NCBI GenBank assembly: GCA_965205425.1 | Contig: CBDBGZ010000004.1 | Location: 192,001 to 256,000 of the forward strand | Source: Nitrosopumilus sp. | GTDB lineage: Archaea > Thermoproteota > Nitrososphaeria > Nitrososphaerales > Nitrosopumilaceae | DNA: 64,000 nt | Direction of reading: 5' to 3' | Shown here: positions 1 through 9,985 of the stretch, piece after piece | Layout of the letters: each line of letters opens with the position of its first letter | Position numbering within the stretch: position 1 is the stretch's first letter | The notes under the pieces: model-generated | What the model was told of the DNA's origin: nothing | The model's input: the letters and a program-made list of their open reading frames with translations, nothing else | The model's database searches: none | Program-made: the position numbers and the translations under genes

Positions 1-98
1 GCAATCAATTCTGGAAAGAACAGTTGGAGTTGCTGTACATCATTTATTTTTTTAGAATCAGAGTATAGTTTTGCAGGAATAGGAACTGTTTTTCTTAC

Positions 99-1140
99 TA
101 TCTTTTCCGGAAATTATTTCACCCCTTAACTAGGAGAGCATCATTCCCATACTATCGTATGCGTGGGTATCGTGGCATACCTATGGTAAAGTTAGATGAG
201 AATAAGATCAGGTGGATTATACAATCTAAAAATGAAAAAGTCAAGAATTTAGATATTTCAGTAATCCTCAAGATAACGCCTAGAAGAGTACAACAAGTCT
301 ACTCTCAGTACAAAAAAACCAAAAAGATTCCCACACTCAAAAGACCAGGGCGTCCAAAAAAGCCAGTCACTGTACACGAGATAGAGCTAGTCAAACAAGT
401 TCAAGAAAAATTTCATACAAACGCACTATACCTTGAGAAAATCATATCAAAATTGTACAATACCAAGATAAACCACAATCGCATCCACAAGATTATGCTA
501 GATGAAGGATTATCAGTTGAGCAACCACGGAAAAAGATGAGAAGAAAGTGGATCAGGTATGAACGTGAATATTCAAATTCACTGTGGCATACTGACTGGC
601 ACACAATACATGATTCACGCTGGGCAGGAAAACAACTAATTGCATTTGAAGATGATGCCTCACGATTTATCACGGGTTTCGGAGTGTATGATGAGGCAAC
701 ATCTGTGAATTCTTCTGCAGTACTATCTGATGCAATAAAGAATCACGGTAGACCAGCATCCGTACTATCTGATAATGGAAAACAGTTCACATCAAATGTC
801 AATACTCTTGATCATAACAAGCCAGTAGACTTTGAGCAGCAACTAATGAGACATCACGTAAAGCACTCTCGTACAAGAGTGAGACATCCACAAACAAATG
901 GTAAGCTAGAAAAGTTCTGGGATATCTTTGAGTGTAAAATAGAATACTTTGAGTCAGTGGAGCAGTTTATGCATTGGTACAATCACATTAGAGTTCATGG
1001 CGCACTAGACTTGGATAACATGGAGACACCATCTGATGCGTATCACTCCAAGATGATAACAAACGAAATACTCATAGACCCAAGTATTCTATGGAGGAAT
1101 TACTCATGAAAGTGACACGAAATAATTTTTGGAAAGAACA
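99..1140 (+). mobile_element. IS481-family insertion sequence
   Basis: Imperfect 22-bp TIRs TATCTTTTCCGGAAATTATTTC (99-120) / GAAATAATTTTTGGAAAGAACA (1119-1140), 17/22 match, around a single transposase; no TSD seen. Confidence 0.75.
159..1109 (+). CDS. IS481-family transposase (HTH + rve integrase core)
   Basis: LWHTDW, EDDASR, SDNGKQF, PQTNGKLE, WYNHIRVH motifs. Confidence 0.92.
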   Translation: MRGYRGIPMVKLDENKIRWIIQSKNEKVKNLDISVILKITPRRVQQVYSQYKKTKKIPTLKRPGRPKKPVTVHEIELVKQVQEKFHTNALYLEKIISKLYNTKINHNRIHKIMLDEGLSVEQPRKKMRRKWIRYEREYSNSLWHTDWHTIHDSRWAGKQLIAFEDDASRFITGFGVYDEATSVNSSAVLSDAIKNHGRPASVLSDNGKQFTSNVNTLDHNKPVDFEQQLMRHHVKHSRTRVRHPQTNGKLEKFWDIFECKIEYFESVEQFMHWYNHIRVHGALDLDNMETPSDAYHSKMITNEILIDPSILWRNYS

Positions 1141-1310
1141 CAAATGAAATTAACTTTTCATCATAACGAATCAATTCGTAGAATTAAATTTAATTTCATT
1201 CCAGGATTCTCCCAGACATGCATTAATTTTAGGTATTTAGAGCCTTGTTTTGTATCCATGAAATGATAGTACCGTATAAATATTGATAATTTCGATAGTG
1301 ACACAATAAT

Positions 1311-2738
1311 ATGAATAACATAAAATATACGCTACCGTTTTTGATGCTAATTTTGTTTGTTCCTGTAGCAATGAGCGATACTTTTGCTCAAGGTGAACCC
1401 GGAGAGGATTCTACAGATAAGATAGGGCCAGTTGGAACTGTAAATGAATCTGCTGATATCAAATTACAGGAAATAGAAGAAAAACAACAGGATCTAAAAA
1501 ACAAACATCATGCAATAAATGAGGAATTCAACAGTACCAATTCAACTAAAAAAATTACAGAATTAAAGTCTGATTATATCCAGACCGTCAAAGAACTAAA
1601 TACTTTATCTTATGTAGAGCCTGAAAGGAATTACCTTGCAGAATGGACTGCATTGGATGCACAAATTATAATTCTCGAGGAACTGCAATGGAATAATTAC
1701 ACAGAACCAAGACAGGTAATGATAGATGGACTATATGAACAAATGAATGAGATTGAGCAAGAGAGTATTGCCTCCATGGTCTTAGATCCTGCAGATAAGA
1801 CCAAACTATATAATTTAGAAATGGAATTACACAATAAATACTCCAACCCTGATCACGAAACTTTTGTCAGTAATGAGTTTGTAGAGTATGCATATGTAGA
1901 TCATGTGCAAGAGAAGGTATTCCTTGTAATTGATGAAAACAAGGCACTTGCAGAAAATGGTATTTCATCCATACTTGTTGCACAAAATGTAATGGATGCT
2001 GTTGGAATTGATAATATAACAATAGACTTTGCAGAGATTACCCCACTAAGATGTAACAGTGTGACATCTGATTGTGATCCACTTATTGGTGGAATCTCAA
2101 TTGGAAGGGCAGATTCACCAAATGATCATTCAGGTACCATCGGATTCCGAGCTAAAGATAGTAGCAATAATAAAGGATTTGTAACCGCAGGCCATGCAGT
2201 TCAATTTGAGGATTTTACTAATACTGTAATGCATCAACCACACACCAGTACATCAATCATAGGCACAATTCCAAGCAATGGCGATGATGTATGCTATACC
2301 GGAGGCGGTGTAGATAAAGGTGAGCGAACTATAAATGGCAAACCATGTGACTTTGCATTTGTAAAAACTGCTAGAGGCGTATCAATTAATGATGATATTT
2401 ACAAGTCTCCAAATAGAACATATGACATTAATGCATTAGCTATACCATCTGATCAAGTACGCGGAACAATGCTAAAACTTGTCGGCTCCAACAGCGGAAC
2501 AGTTACAGGTTCGATACAAACTATTCTTTCAATTAGCGACAGAGTTCTGATGACTGTGCATTCTCCTGCAATTGCTGGAGATAGTGGTGGACCAGTATTC
2601 AAATCATCCACAGGTGCTAGAAATACATCAACTGCTGAAATATTTGGTATTGTACTCAGCTCGCATGGTATTGCACGCATTATGTATGAACCTGTAGATA
2701 AGATAATGACAGAGTTGAACTTGAGACCATACCATTAA
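1311..2738 (+). CDS. Secreted chymotrypsin-like (S1) serine protease with long prodomain
   Basis: N-terminal signal peptide; catalytic triad motifs VTAGHA, CDFAFV, GDSGGP. Confidence 0.88.
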   Translation: MNNIKYTLPFLMLILFVPVAMSDTFAQGEPGEDSTDKIGPVGTVNESADIKLQEIEEKQQDLKNKHHAINEEFNSTNSTKKITELKSDYIQTVKELNTLSYVEPERNYLAEWTALDAQIIILEELQWNNYTEPRQVMIDGLYEQMNEIEQESIASMVLDPADKTKLYNLEMELHNKYSNPDHETFVSNEFVEYAYVDHVQEKVFLVIDENKALAENGISSILVAQNVMDAVGIDNITIDFAEITPLRCNSVTSDCDPLIGGISIGRADSPNDHSGTIGFRAKDSSNNKGFVTAGHAVQFEDFTNTVMHQPHTSTSIIGTIPSNGDDVCYTGGGVDKGERTINGKPCDFAFVKTARGVSINDDIYKSPNRTYDINALAIPSDQVRGTMLKLVGSNSGTVTGSIQTILSISDRVLMTVHSPAIAGDSGGPVFKSSTGARNTSTAEIFGIVLSSHGIARIMYEPVDKIMTELNLRPYH

Positions 2739-3322
2739 TGTTCATACCTTTTCTTTTTATTTTATTTGTAGTATCTCTTTCGTTAATCCAATTATCATAT
2801 TCAGTTGAGAATAACTGGAAAGAAATTAATGTTGATTCGAGACTTGATAACCAAACAAAATATATCTTTTATTATAATTCTGAAGGCATTGAATTGATAG
2901 ATGTACAATATTTTACTGATTTCCCGTCACCTGGTTTCGTATTTAACACAACACAAGTCATAGACAAACAAGCACAGATCAAGGCACCTAGAAATTATCC
3001 AGTAGATTCACATCAGGAATGGATTATAGTTACAGACATTAGCGGTTCTTATGAATATGAGGAAAGTGATTGTTTTTACACTTACACGATTAGTACAATA
3101 AATTCAAAAGTGTTAGATTTTGGATATTATACAGTGCTTGCAGCTGACCTAGACGAAGTTGAAATACTCCAAATACCTGATTACTGTTTACCTCATACTA
3201 TTGCCAACTATCCTCAAAGTATGAAAACATATGAGAACATTAGAGGAGAACAGGTGAATGTGTATTTATCATCAGTTCTAAAGTTGTTGGAGAGAAATTA
3301 TCTTGTTGAAGCAATAAACTAA
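2738..3322 (+). CDS. Hypothetical secreted/surface protein, translationally coupled to the protease
   Basis: TAATG stop/start overlap; hydrophobic N-terminus; C-terminal V..SS..KL.ER motif resembling tails of Nitrosopumilus exported proteins. Confidence 0.7.
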   Translation: MFIPFLFILFVVSLSLIQLSYSVENNWKEINVDSRLDNQTKYIFYYNSEGIELIDVQYFTDFPSPGFVFNTTQVIDKQAQIKAPRNYPVDSHQEWIIVTDISGSYEYEESDCFYTYTISTINSKVLDFGYYTVLAADLDEVEILQIPDYCLPHTIANYPQSMKTYENIRGEQVNVYLSSVLKLLERNYLVEAIN

Positions 3323-3363
3323 TTGCACGATGTTTTCTTATTTTGCTCAAGACGTGTCACATA

Positions 3364-3955
3364 TACCTCGGAGCATAATTCTTTGCAATTTTTCAAAACA
3401 AATAGCAATACTTTTTGATCAGTAGTTAGAAATAATTTCATGGACATCACAAATGACGAGTTACTCCAGGGCCTACAAAAAAGAAAAGTACGGTAAGAAA
3501 AAGGAAAGACTGCATGCAATGTGTAAGATTAAAATCAACGAATCCACAATTGCTGAAACTGCCAACCAAATGTTTTGTACATACAATTCTGTAAGGAATT
3601 GGCTTGATTCATTTGAAAAATACGGACTAGAGGGCCTGGAGGATCTCCCTCGTTCTTGCCGTCCACCATTAATTTCACACAAAAAATTACAAAAAATAGA
3701 GCGTACATTTAAGAAAATTTCAGACGGCATGACTCCAAAAAAACTGATACAATTCATATTTTACAGAACACGCATTACATATCATATCACTCATGTTGCG
3801 TCGTTTGATGCACAAATGGAATCTAAAACCAAAGGTTCCACAAAAGGTACATGTACGAGCAGCATCCAAGGATACATGCCGCAAGTGGAAAAACCGCATC
3901 ATTTCACGCATAGAAAAGGCAAAAAAGAAAGGTTTTACAGTATTCATCCAAGACG
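3364..3955 (+). mobile_element. IS630-family element, 5' half only (frameshifted, truncated by IS5-type insertion)
   Basis: Starts TA|TACCTCGGAGCATAA; near-identical to the 5' part of the copy at 38087-39184; stops at the IS5-type TIR. Confidence 0.88.
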
Positions 3956-4981
3956 GGGTGTGTCCTAAAACTATCCTCTAACATGTTTTGTAACCCCCAT
4001 CAAATTAACAACTCGTATGTTGTAACAAATTACACGCAACGCCAACTCTTTTCTTTGAACCAACTTGTTTTTTGATGACAAGCTATTTCCAAAGATTCTT
4101 TTGAGTACTGCAAATACTGATTCAACAAGTGACCTCTTGTGATAATGTCTGTCAAATTCATCTTGATTGTCCTGGAATAATGTTATCATTTTTTTCCATG
4201 ATGCAGAGCCTTTGGGATTTCTAACTGTGTTCTTCTTTGGTTTGATGTATGGTATCTTTTGCAGAGTAGCTACCATATTGCAAATGTCTCGTGACAAATA
4301 TGCAGGATCTGCACAAAAATCACCAATTCCCTTTGGAATGTCTTTGATTAGTTTTTTGAGAATTGGTGCATCACCACGAGTTCCTTTAGTAATGTCAAAA
4401 GATACTATTGCCATGGACTGTATTGCAATTAGGATGTGCAGTTTTAGATATAATTTCTTGGATTTGTGCGTGTTTGTCTTGATGTCAAACCAAGCCTCAC
4501 ATCTTTTGGTACCAAATCCTGAACTGTCAGGAGCTATGTCTTTTTTTTGATTGGTTCTGTGAGTTTTGCGTTTACCTTTTTCAAATAAGGCATTGGAATT
4601 CTTTTTAGACTGTCATTAATGACAGTCTTGCTTGGTGCTTTTTTGAGCTCCATTATTTCCAACAGATCCGGCCTTGATCTCAAGTGGGACTCCATGGAAC
4701 GATAATCCAATCCAAACTTTACCTTTAGCATTGCACACATTATCTTTGCTTTTGTTGGAAATGCAGGACGTCCGCCTGTCTTTGGTTCCCATGGTGTATC
4801 CATACTCCAAACTGTCTTCTTTACTTTCTCCAAGAATAGAATCTCCTCATCCTTGCGATATGTGCCATATACTTGCCAGTCTCTTTTTGATTTGTTTTGC
4901 ATAGTTGTTGTGATTCCATGCGATCAATATGTTACAGAATTGAATAAAATTGTTATATTTGTCTACTTTTAGGACACACCC
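3956..4981 (-). mobile_element. IS5-family element with split transposase
   Basis: Perfect 15-bp TIR GGGTGTGTCCTAAAA (3956-3970 / 4967-4981); no TSD. Confidence 0.9.
3971..4902 (-). CDS. IS5-family DDE transposase, ORFA (4534-4902) + ORFB joined by a -1 shift
   Basis: A8G run at 4540-4548; the -1 frame continues DIAPDSSGFG...KLHI...ADPAY...YHKRSLVESVF. Confidence 0.85.
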
Positions 4982-5069
4982 GCTGGAACCAGTACAGTCT
5001 CAATAAGAAACAGAATTCATGAATTTAAAATAAAATTGGATTTGTTTTCCACATTAATTTAATTCAGAT

Positions 5070-5363
5070 ATGAAGGAAATGAATAATGCATCTAGAGATA
5101 GTGAGTTCAAGATACAACTATCAGTAGAAGACATTAACAAATTAGATGATGTAATTAAAGGCACAAGTAATAATTCAAAATCAATTGAAAAGTCAAGTGA
5201 AATGAAAACCAATAATGAAAATAATCATAATACAGCCAAGGGATTAAGATTACTTAATGTATGTACAAGTTGTGAAACTGAATTTATTCCAAAAAACAGC
5301 ATGATTTATGAAAAAATATGCAAATCATGTATAGAAAAAGAATCTAATGAAAAGAAAGTCTAG
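5070..5363 (+). CDS. Hypothetical protein with C-terminal C4 zinc finger
   Basis: CTSC...CKSC. Confidence 0.55.
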   Translation: MKEMNNASRDSEFKIQLSVEDINKLDDVIKGTSNNSKSIEKSSEMKTNNENNHNTAKGLRLLNVCTSCETEFIPKNSMIYEKICKSCIEKESNEKKV

Positions 5364-5551
5364 ACAGTACTAGGGTTCTTCTTTTTCATCCAGATTTGTT
5401 CATTAATTTCATGACATTTACAATCAGATGCCTTTGCTTTGCAATTAGTTTGGTGTAATAGTTTTTTACATTTGTTACATGCAGGATCTCTCCAACTAGC
5501 TTGATTTCCACAATTTGCACAATACAAAGTTAGTTTCTCCAAGTATGACAA
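5360..5551 (-). CDS. Small cysteine-rich zinc-ribbon protein
   Basis: CANC, CNKC, H..NC, CKC motifs in 63 aa. Confidence 0.55.
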   Translation of the reverse strand: MSYLEKLTLYCANCGNQASWRDPACNKCKKLLHQTNCKAKASDCKCHEINEQIWMKKKNPSTV

Positions 5552-5936
5552 TCAGTTATTGATTGAAAGTTTTGTTTTGATAATAGATTTTTTAACATAC
5601 ATAATTAGGGCATACTAGCATATAAGATACAAAATTTCATAATCCACAATTTTACGTAGCTGAGTAGTTAAATCAGTTCAAATCTCTCACATGATATATG
5701 AAGATTAGGTAGAGGTAAAATAATAATGAAAGATATTGGATAATTCTTTGACAGAATTAAAACTACAAAGGTATACATGAACGATATGGGAATAATTGAT
5801 ATGGCTAAGAAATTACCCAAAGGACATAACATTGGTGGCGGCAATAGACAGAAAAGATGTCAAGAGTTTAAAAAAAATAAATCTGATTAGAATTAGCGAT
5901 TTTTGTTAGAATACTTTTTTCCTTTTTTGATATTCA

Positions 5937-6004
5937 GTAGATGTTGTTTTAATTTGATATTCTTTGATGTAGATGTTGTTTTAATTTGATATTCTTTGAT
6001 GTAG
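5937..6004. repeat. 32-bp direct tandem repeat, 2 copies
   Basis: GTAGATGTTGTTTTAATTTGATATTCTTTGAT at 5937-5968 and 5969-6000, then GTAG. Confidence 0.95.
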
Positions 6005-6475
6005 GTGCCTTCAAAATTACTTTAACATAGATTCAAGATTGTGATTACTTCTAGGAATCCCGTCACCTTTTAACAATCCTTTTTTCGTGAGGTATACTCT
6101 ACAATAACCCTGAACTAATCAAGGAATAGTTAACTATCATCATTATGCGTTCTCAAATAACAAAATCTTTGGATTACATTCAAGACCGTTCTCTCAATGT
6201 TAACTGCGTTAAATACAGGGGGGGAGGGGGGGTACTCTGTTTTGGTTGTAACTCAGGCGATACGTCTAGTTTTCTTGTAAACTAACTGGCATTGAATAAT
6301 CAGAGAGAGAAGAGAGACACGCATATCGAGTCAAATCAGGTATGAAATCATGAAGATATCGAGAATTAGAATAAATTAATGGAAATGAAGAAAGATTCTA
6401 CAAATTGTTACATCCATTCAGCACCCCACATAGAAGAAACACATCGAGAACTAAAACAGGATTGAATGTCGAGAA

Positions 6476-7063
6476 TTATTTAGAATATTTTTGAACTTCA
6501 TCATTGAAAAGTTCAACATATCTGTTAGGTAATTCTAATCGAGGTTCTTTACCTTTTAGACATACTGTATCAATACCAAGTACACGAATTACAGTAAATG
6601 GAGATTCATCAGAATATGCCAGAGGTTTTAGCCAATCTCTAACAGTCTTTACATGAGCACCTGAAATACGCGCTCCACCATTTACAACTTCAGACAATGG
6701 TAAATGATAATTGTTTTCAGCTATTTTATTAGAAAACCAAGCTAGGAAAATTGGATGTTTTTCTAGATTTGTTTTCTGAGATGCAGATAATTCATTTTCG
6801 TATGCGAGGATTGTTTTCTTGCTAAATTCTTCTAAATGATTACAGCTATGACACATGAATCTAATTACATCAGGATTCATCATTCCCATATCGTATCTCG
6901 TATGATGTAATTCAAAACCTCCTGTACGAGTTACAGGATCAAATGGTTTTAGATTACATTCATCCAAAGTCTTTTGACAATGACTACAAACTTCAGGATA
7001 TCTCTTTTGTGTTTCTGGATATACTTGAGCTCGTTGATTTTGACTAAGATTGGGGTTGGTCAA
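6476..7063 (-). CDS. HNH-like zinc-finger protein with a putative C-terminal HTH
   Basis: CSHC...ELHH...MCHSCNH pattern; C-terminal EVVNGGARISGAHVKTVRDWL resembles an HTH. Confidence 0.65.
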   Translation of the reverse strand: MTNPNLSQNQRAQVYPETQKRYPEVCSHCQKTLDECNLKPFDPVTRTGGFELHHTRYDMGMMNPDVIRFMCHSCNHLEEFSKKTILAYENELSASQKTNLEKHPIFLAWFSNKIAENNYHLPLSEVVNGGARISGAHVKTVRDWLKPLAYSDESPFTVIRVLGIDTVCLKGKEPRLELPNRYVELFNDEVQKYSK

Positions 7064-8263
7064 AATCTATTTTCCTTGGTTTTGAATTTGCAACAGTTAG
7101 TAATTTTTGTGCAGTTGCAAAGTGTTCATTATTAATTTCTGCACCAATAAATTGACGATTCTGAGTTACTGCTGAAACCCCAAATGTACCGCTTCCAAGA
7201 AACGGATCATAGACAATTTCATTTTCTATTGTAAGATGTTTTATGTAATAGTCAGATTCCTTTGTGGACTGTGCCCACTCATGCAATTCTTTACCCTGAA
7301 ATTCGGACTTTATTACATCACGCACAAACTCACCCTCATACTTTCCCTTCGTAAACCACAGCATTATCTTGCAGGCAACCAGGATTTTTTTGCCAAACAC
7401 TGATGCAGATGGACCAGAATGTAGAACAGTTAATGGCCAATGGAATTTTAATCCATATTTTTCCATCATATTACCGACTTTGAGAATATTTCCTTGTCCG
7501 ACATAGCAAACTAAGGAACCACCTTCACGTAGAACTGTGGATGCTTGTTTTGCCAAATCTTCGTAAAGATGTAAAAATTTGTCATGATATGGAGGGTCCG
7601 TCAAAATTAAAGATACAGAGTTTGGTAATACAGGTACAGACTGAAATTCCAGATTGTAAAGTGTTACAGTATCAGGAAGATTAATCTGAATTTTTTTAAT
7701 CTCTTCCTGACGTTCTTCTCTTTTTTTATTTTTGTTTAAATCACGGTAAACTTTACTGATAGTTTTTTCTCCACTGTTAATTTTTCAATCTCTTCTTTTG
7801 GGGCTTGATCTAAAACTATTGTGCCCTTTTCATATGTACTTCCTGAAACATGAGCTTTTTTACCCAATAACTCTCTTGTTTTGCCTGAAGGTGTGGTAAT
7901 ATTACCACCCCTTCCAGCTTCACTCATTCTTTCTTTAGCTTGGTCTGCATAATGAGATTCAAGTTTTCTAACTATCTCAATTCTTTGAAGAGATGTTAAT
8001 TGTCTTCGTTTGAGATTGCATTCACCAACAAAAATTATTTCATCAGTTTTTGTATCAAATTCTTTGATAGTTGCCCTTGGTTGTATTCCTAATTCTTTGC
8101 AAATTTTAAATCTATGATGACCGTCTAAAATTACACCTTCCTTGTTTGTTACAATTGGCATCCATAACCCTTGGTCTTTGATGGATTTTTTCAGAGAATC
8201 ATAATCCTCTTCTAGTAAAGGAGTTACCAGTTTTTCATAATCTGGATTTATTGAAAGATTCAA
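7044..8263 (-). pseudogene. ParB/Srx-domain - N4/N6 DNA methyltransferase fusion, split by a 1-nt frameshift
   Basis: ParB motifs SIKDQG, ILDGHHR; MTase DPPY then DPFLGSG (beta order); adding one A to the A5 run at 7781-7785 gives one ORF ...EEIEKINSGEKTISKVYRDL...LILTDPPY. Confidence 0.85.
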
Positions 8264-8430
8264 GATTTTGTCTCTTGTTTTGTCTTAAGATTGTAGATTT
8301 TTTTGGCACCAAACAGGAGAGATTTGTCATCAAAGTGAGATTTGCAAAAAAGAATGGGCAATCCGTGCGTAAAATGTGCGATATACTGTTTTTCATCATC
8401 ACAACAATATCTAAAAAGAATTTCACCCAG
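8260..8430 (-). CDS. Small putative metal-binding protein (alternative frame to the ORF-track 8235-8426)
   Basis: LGEILFRYCCDDEK...LFCKSHFDD; stop overlaps the ParB start (TTGA), start overlaps the RHH gene end; needs a CTG start. Confidence 0.4.
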   Translation of the reverse strand: MGEILFRYCCDDEKQYIAHFTHGLPILFCKSHFDDKSLLFGAKKIYNLKTKQETKS

Positions 8431-8605
8431 TATTTTCCATCTCCTGTATATTTTGGATTAAAGGACCATCAACAGTTGCAAGGGCATTTTTTAATAGAAT
8501 CTTGTATGCGAGACTGGTAGCAAGACAACCACGTTTCTCATTAATTTCTGAAATTAGTGTTAACGGCAAAGAGAGAGTAATACTTTTTGTTTTATAGTTA
8601 TGCAA
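8423..8605 (-). CDS. Ribbon-helix-helix (CopG-like) regulator
   Basis: KSITLSLP..LISEINEKRG...S...KILL pattern; lies between integrase and ParB-MTase. Confidence 0.7.
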   Translation of the reverse strand: MHNYKTKSITLSLPLTLISEINEKRGCLATSLAYKILLKNALATVDGPLIQNIQEMENTG

Positions 8606-8680
8606 TAATAGATAAAACCCCTTTACAATAAAGGTATTATTATAATAGTTTAAGAAATATTTAAGATTGTAAATTTGATA

Positions 8681-9928
8681 TTATGTTTGTAATACAAAAA
8701 GTTCAGGATTGTTTTGTATGAATTTTTTTATTTCACCAGGAAGAGATTTTTGTGTAATTATTGGCATGTCAGACTGCTTTTCAAAAGATTTCATCTGAGA
8801 TTGTAAATTTGACACTGTGTCATTCAATGATTTATTCAATTTTTGTTGTTTTTCTAATTCATCAATTTGTTTTTGTTTTTTCAAAAGTTCCAAGTGTTGT
8901 CGTTCCGTAGGATCAATAGTTAGTTCAGGGATAGCCTTTACGAATTCAGCATAGCATTGTTCTCGAGTTGGCTGAAGATATGTTCCATCAAGTCCACGCT
9001 TATGAGCCATTAGTTTCTCTGCAATATTTGAATTGACATTATTGTTTAGTTTCAGAGTAGTGTTGAATCTTTTTCTGAACATGTACACTACAGCCTTGTT
9101 GTATCGATGTCCTTTTTTCTCACGTTTCAAACCAGATTTATCATATACTTTTTTGAGTACAGTATACATGGCATGCAGTGTCATGTGATTGTACTTTGAC
9201 ATGCGAGATACAGACCCAAAGATGGGAGAATCATCATCTAAAATTTCATTTCGTATGTGTTTGCGCCAATCAAAATATCTATCCAGTGCTTTTGTAGCTT
9301 CAGGAGTCAAAAAGACCCAGTATGATTCATTGGATCCTTCATAGACTTTAAGCCCATAGCAATATTTTGTATTAGACAAATTGTCGGGATCTGGCAAATA
9401 TACCAGGTGTTTCAGGCGTAAAATTGGGTCAAGGAGCCCAGACGGCCTTATTCCAGTAGATGCTAGAAAATGAACTAATGCAATATCTCGCGGGAGTTTG
9501 CACACTTGAAGAATATTTTGAATCTCATCAATAGTTACAGGAGTATTTCCAAATTGTTCTGAATTATTTTTCTGTATTGACTTTCGTACTAGTTTTTTGT
9601 GCCAAATTTTACGATTCATCTCAAAGAACAACTCCACAGGAGCTAAAAACGCATTGATGCTTTTTGGTTTTAATGTTTGATTCAACTCAAAGACATATTC
9701 TTCCAACATATCAGTAATTTTATCAGAATCAAAATTAGTTAACGATGTGAAATTATCAACATCAGAGATTTTTTTATTTGTAAATAGAAATTTCATAAAT
9801 CTGTCTAAACCATAAACATATGATCGTCTAGTTGCATGAGTCTTTATAGAATTGTAGAATCTACGATAATGAATATTATTTTTAGACATTTGTTTTGCAT
9901 GTTCTAATTGTTTTAGACTACTTACCAC
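8681..9928 (-). CDS. Tyrosine recombinase / integrase
   Basis: STGIR (Arg), YMFRKRF (HxxR variant), LMAH, catalytic Tyr in GTYLQP; C-terminal coiled coil. Confidence 0.92.
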   Translation of the reverse strand: MVSSLKQLEHAKQMSKNNIHYRRFYNSIKTHATRRSYVYGLDRFMKFLFTNKKISDVDNFTSLTNFDSDKITDMLEEYVFELNQTLKPKSINAFLAPVELFFEMNRKIWHKKLVRKSIQKNNSEQFGNTPVTIDEIQNILQVCKLPRDIALVHFLASTGIRPSGLLDPILRLKHLVYLPDPDNLSNTKYCYGLKVYEGSNESYWVFLTPEATKALDRYFDWRKHIRNEILDDDSPIFGSVSRMSKYNHMTLHAMYTVLKKVYDKSGLKREKKGHRYNKAVVYMFRKRFNTTLKLNNNVNSNIAEKLMAHKRGLDGTYLQPTREQCYAEFVKAIPELTIDPTERQHLELLKKQKQIDELEKQQKLNKSLNDTVSNLQSQMKSFEKQSDMPIITQKSLPGEIKKFIQNNPELFVLQT

Positions 9929-9985
9929 ACAACTAGGTACAAGAGGTTAATTAAAAATGGCTGTTTTTGTACCAGTTAATTGTTA

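Noticed and set aside
1..22. Solo IS481-like ends here and at 16351-16372
   Set aside because: Partial match to an AT-rich TIR with no partner or transposase visible; cannot be supported from this window
5937..6004. Mini-CRISPR
   Set aside because: Two abutting copies with no spacer
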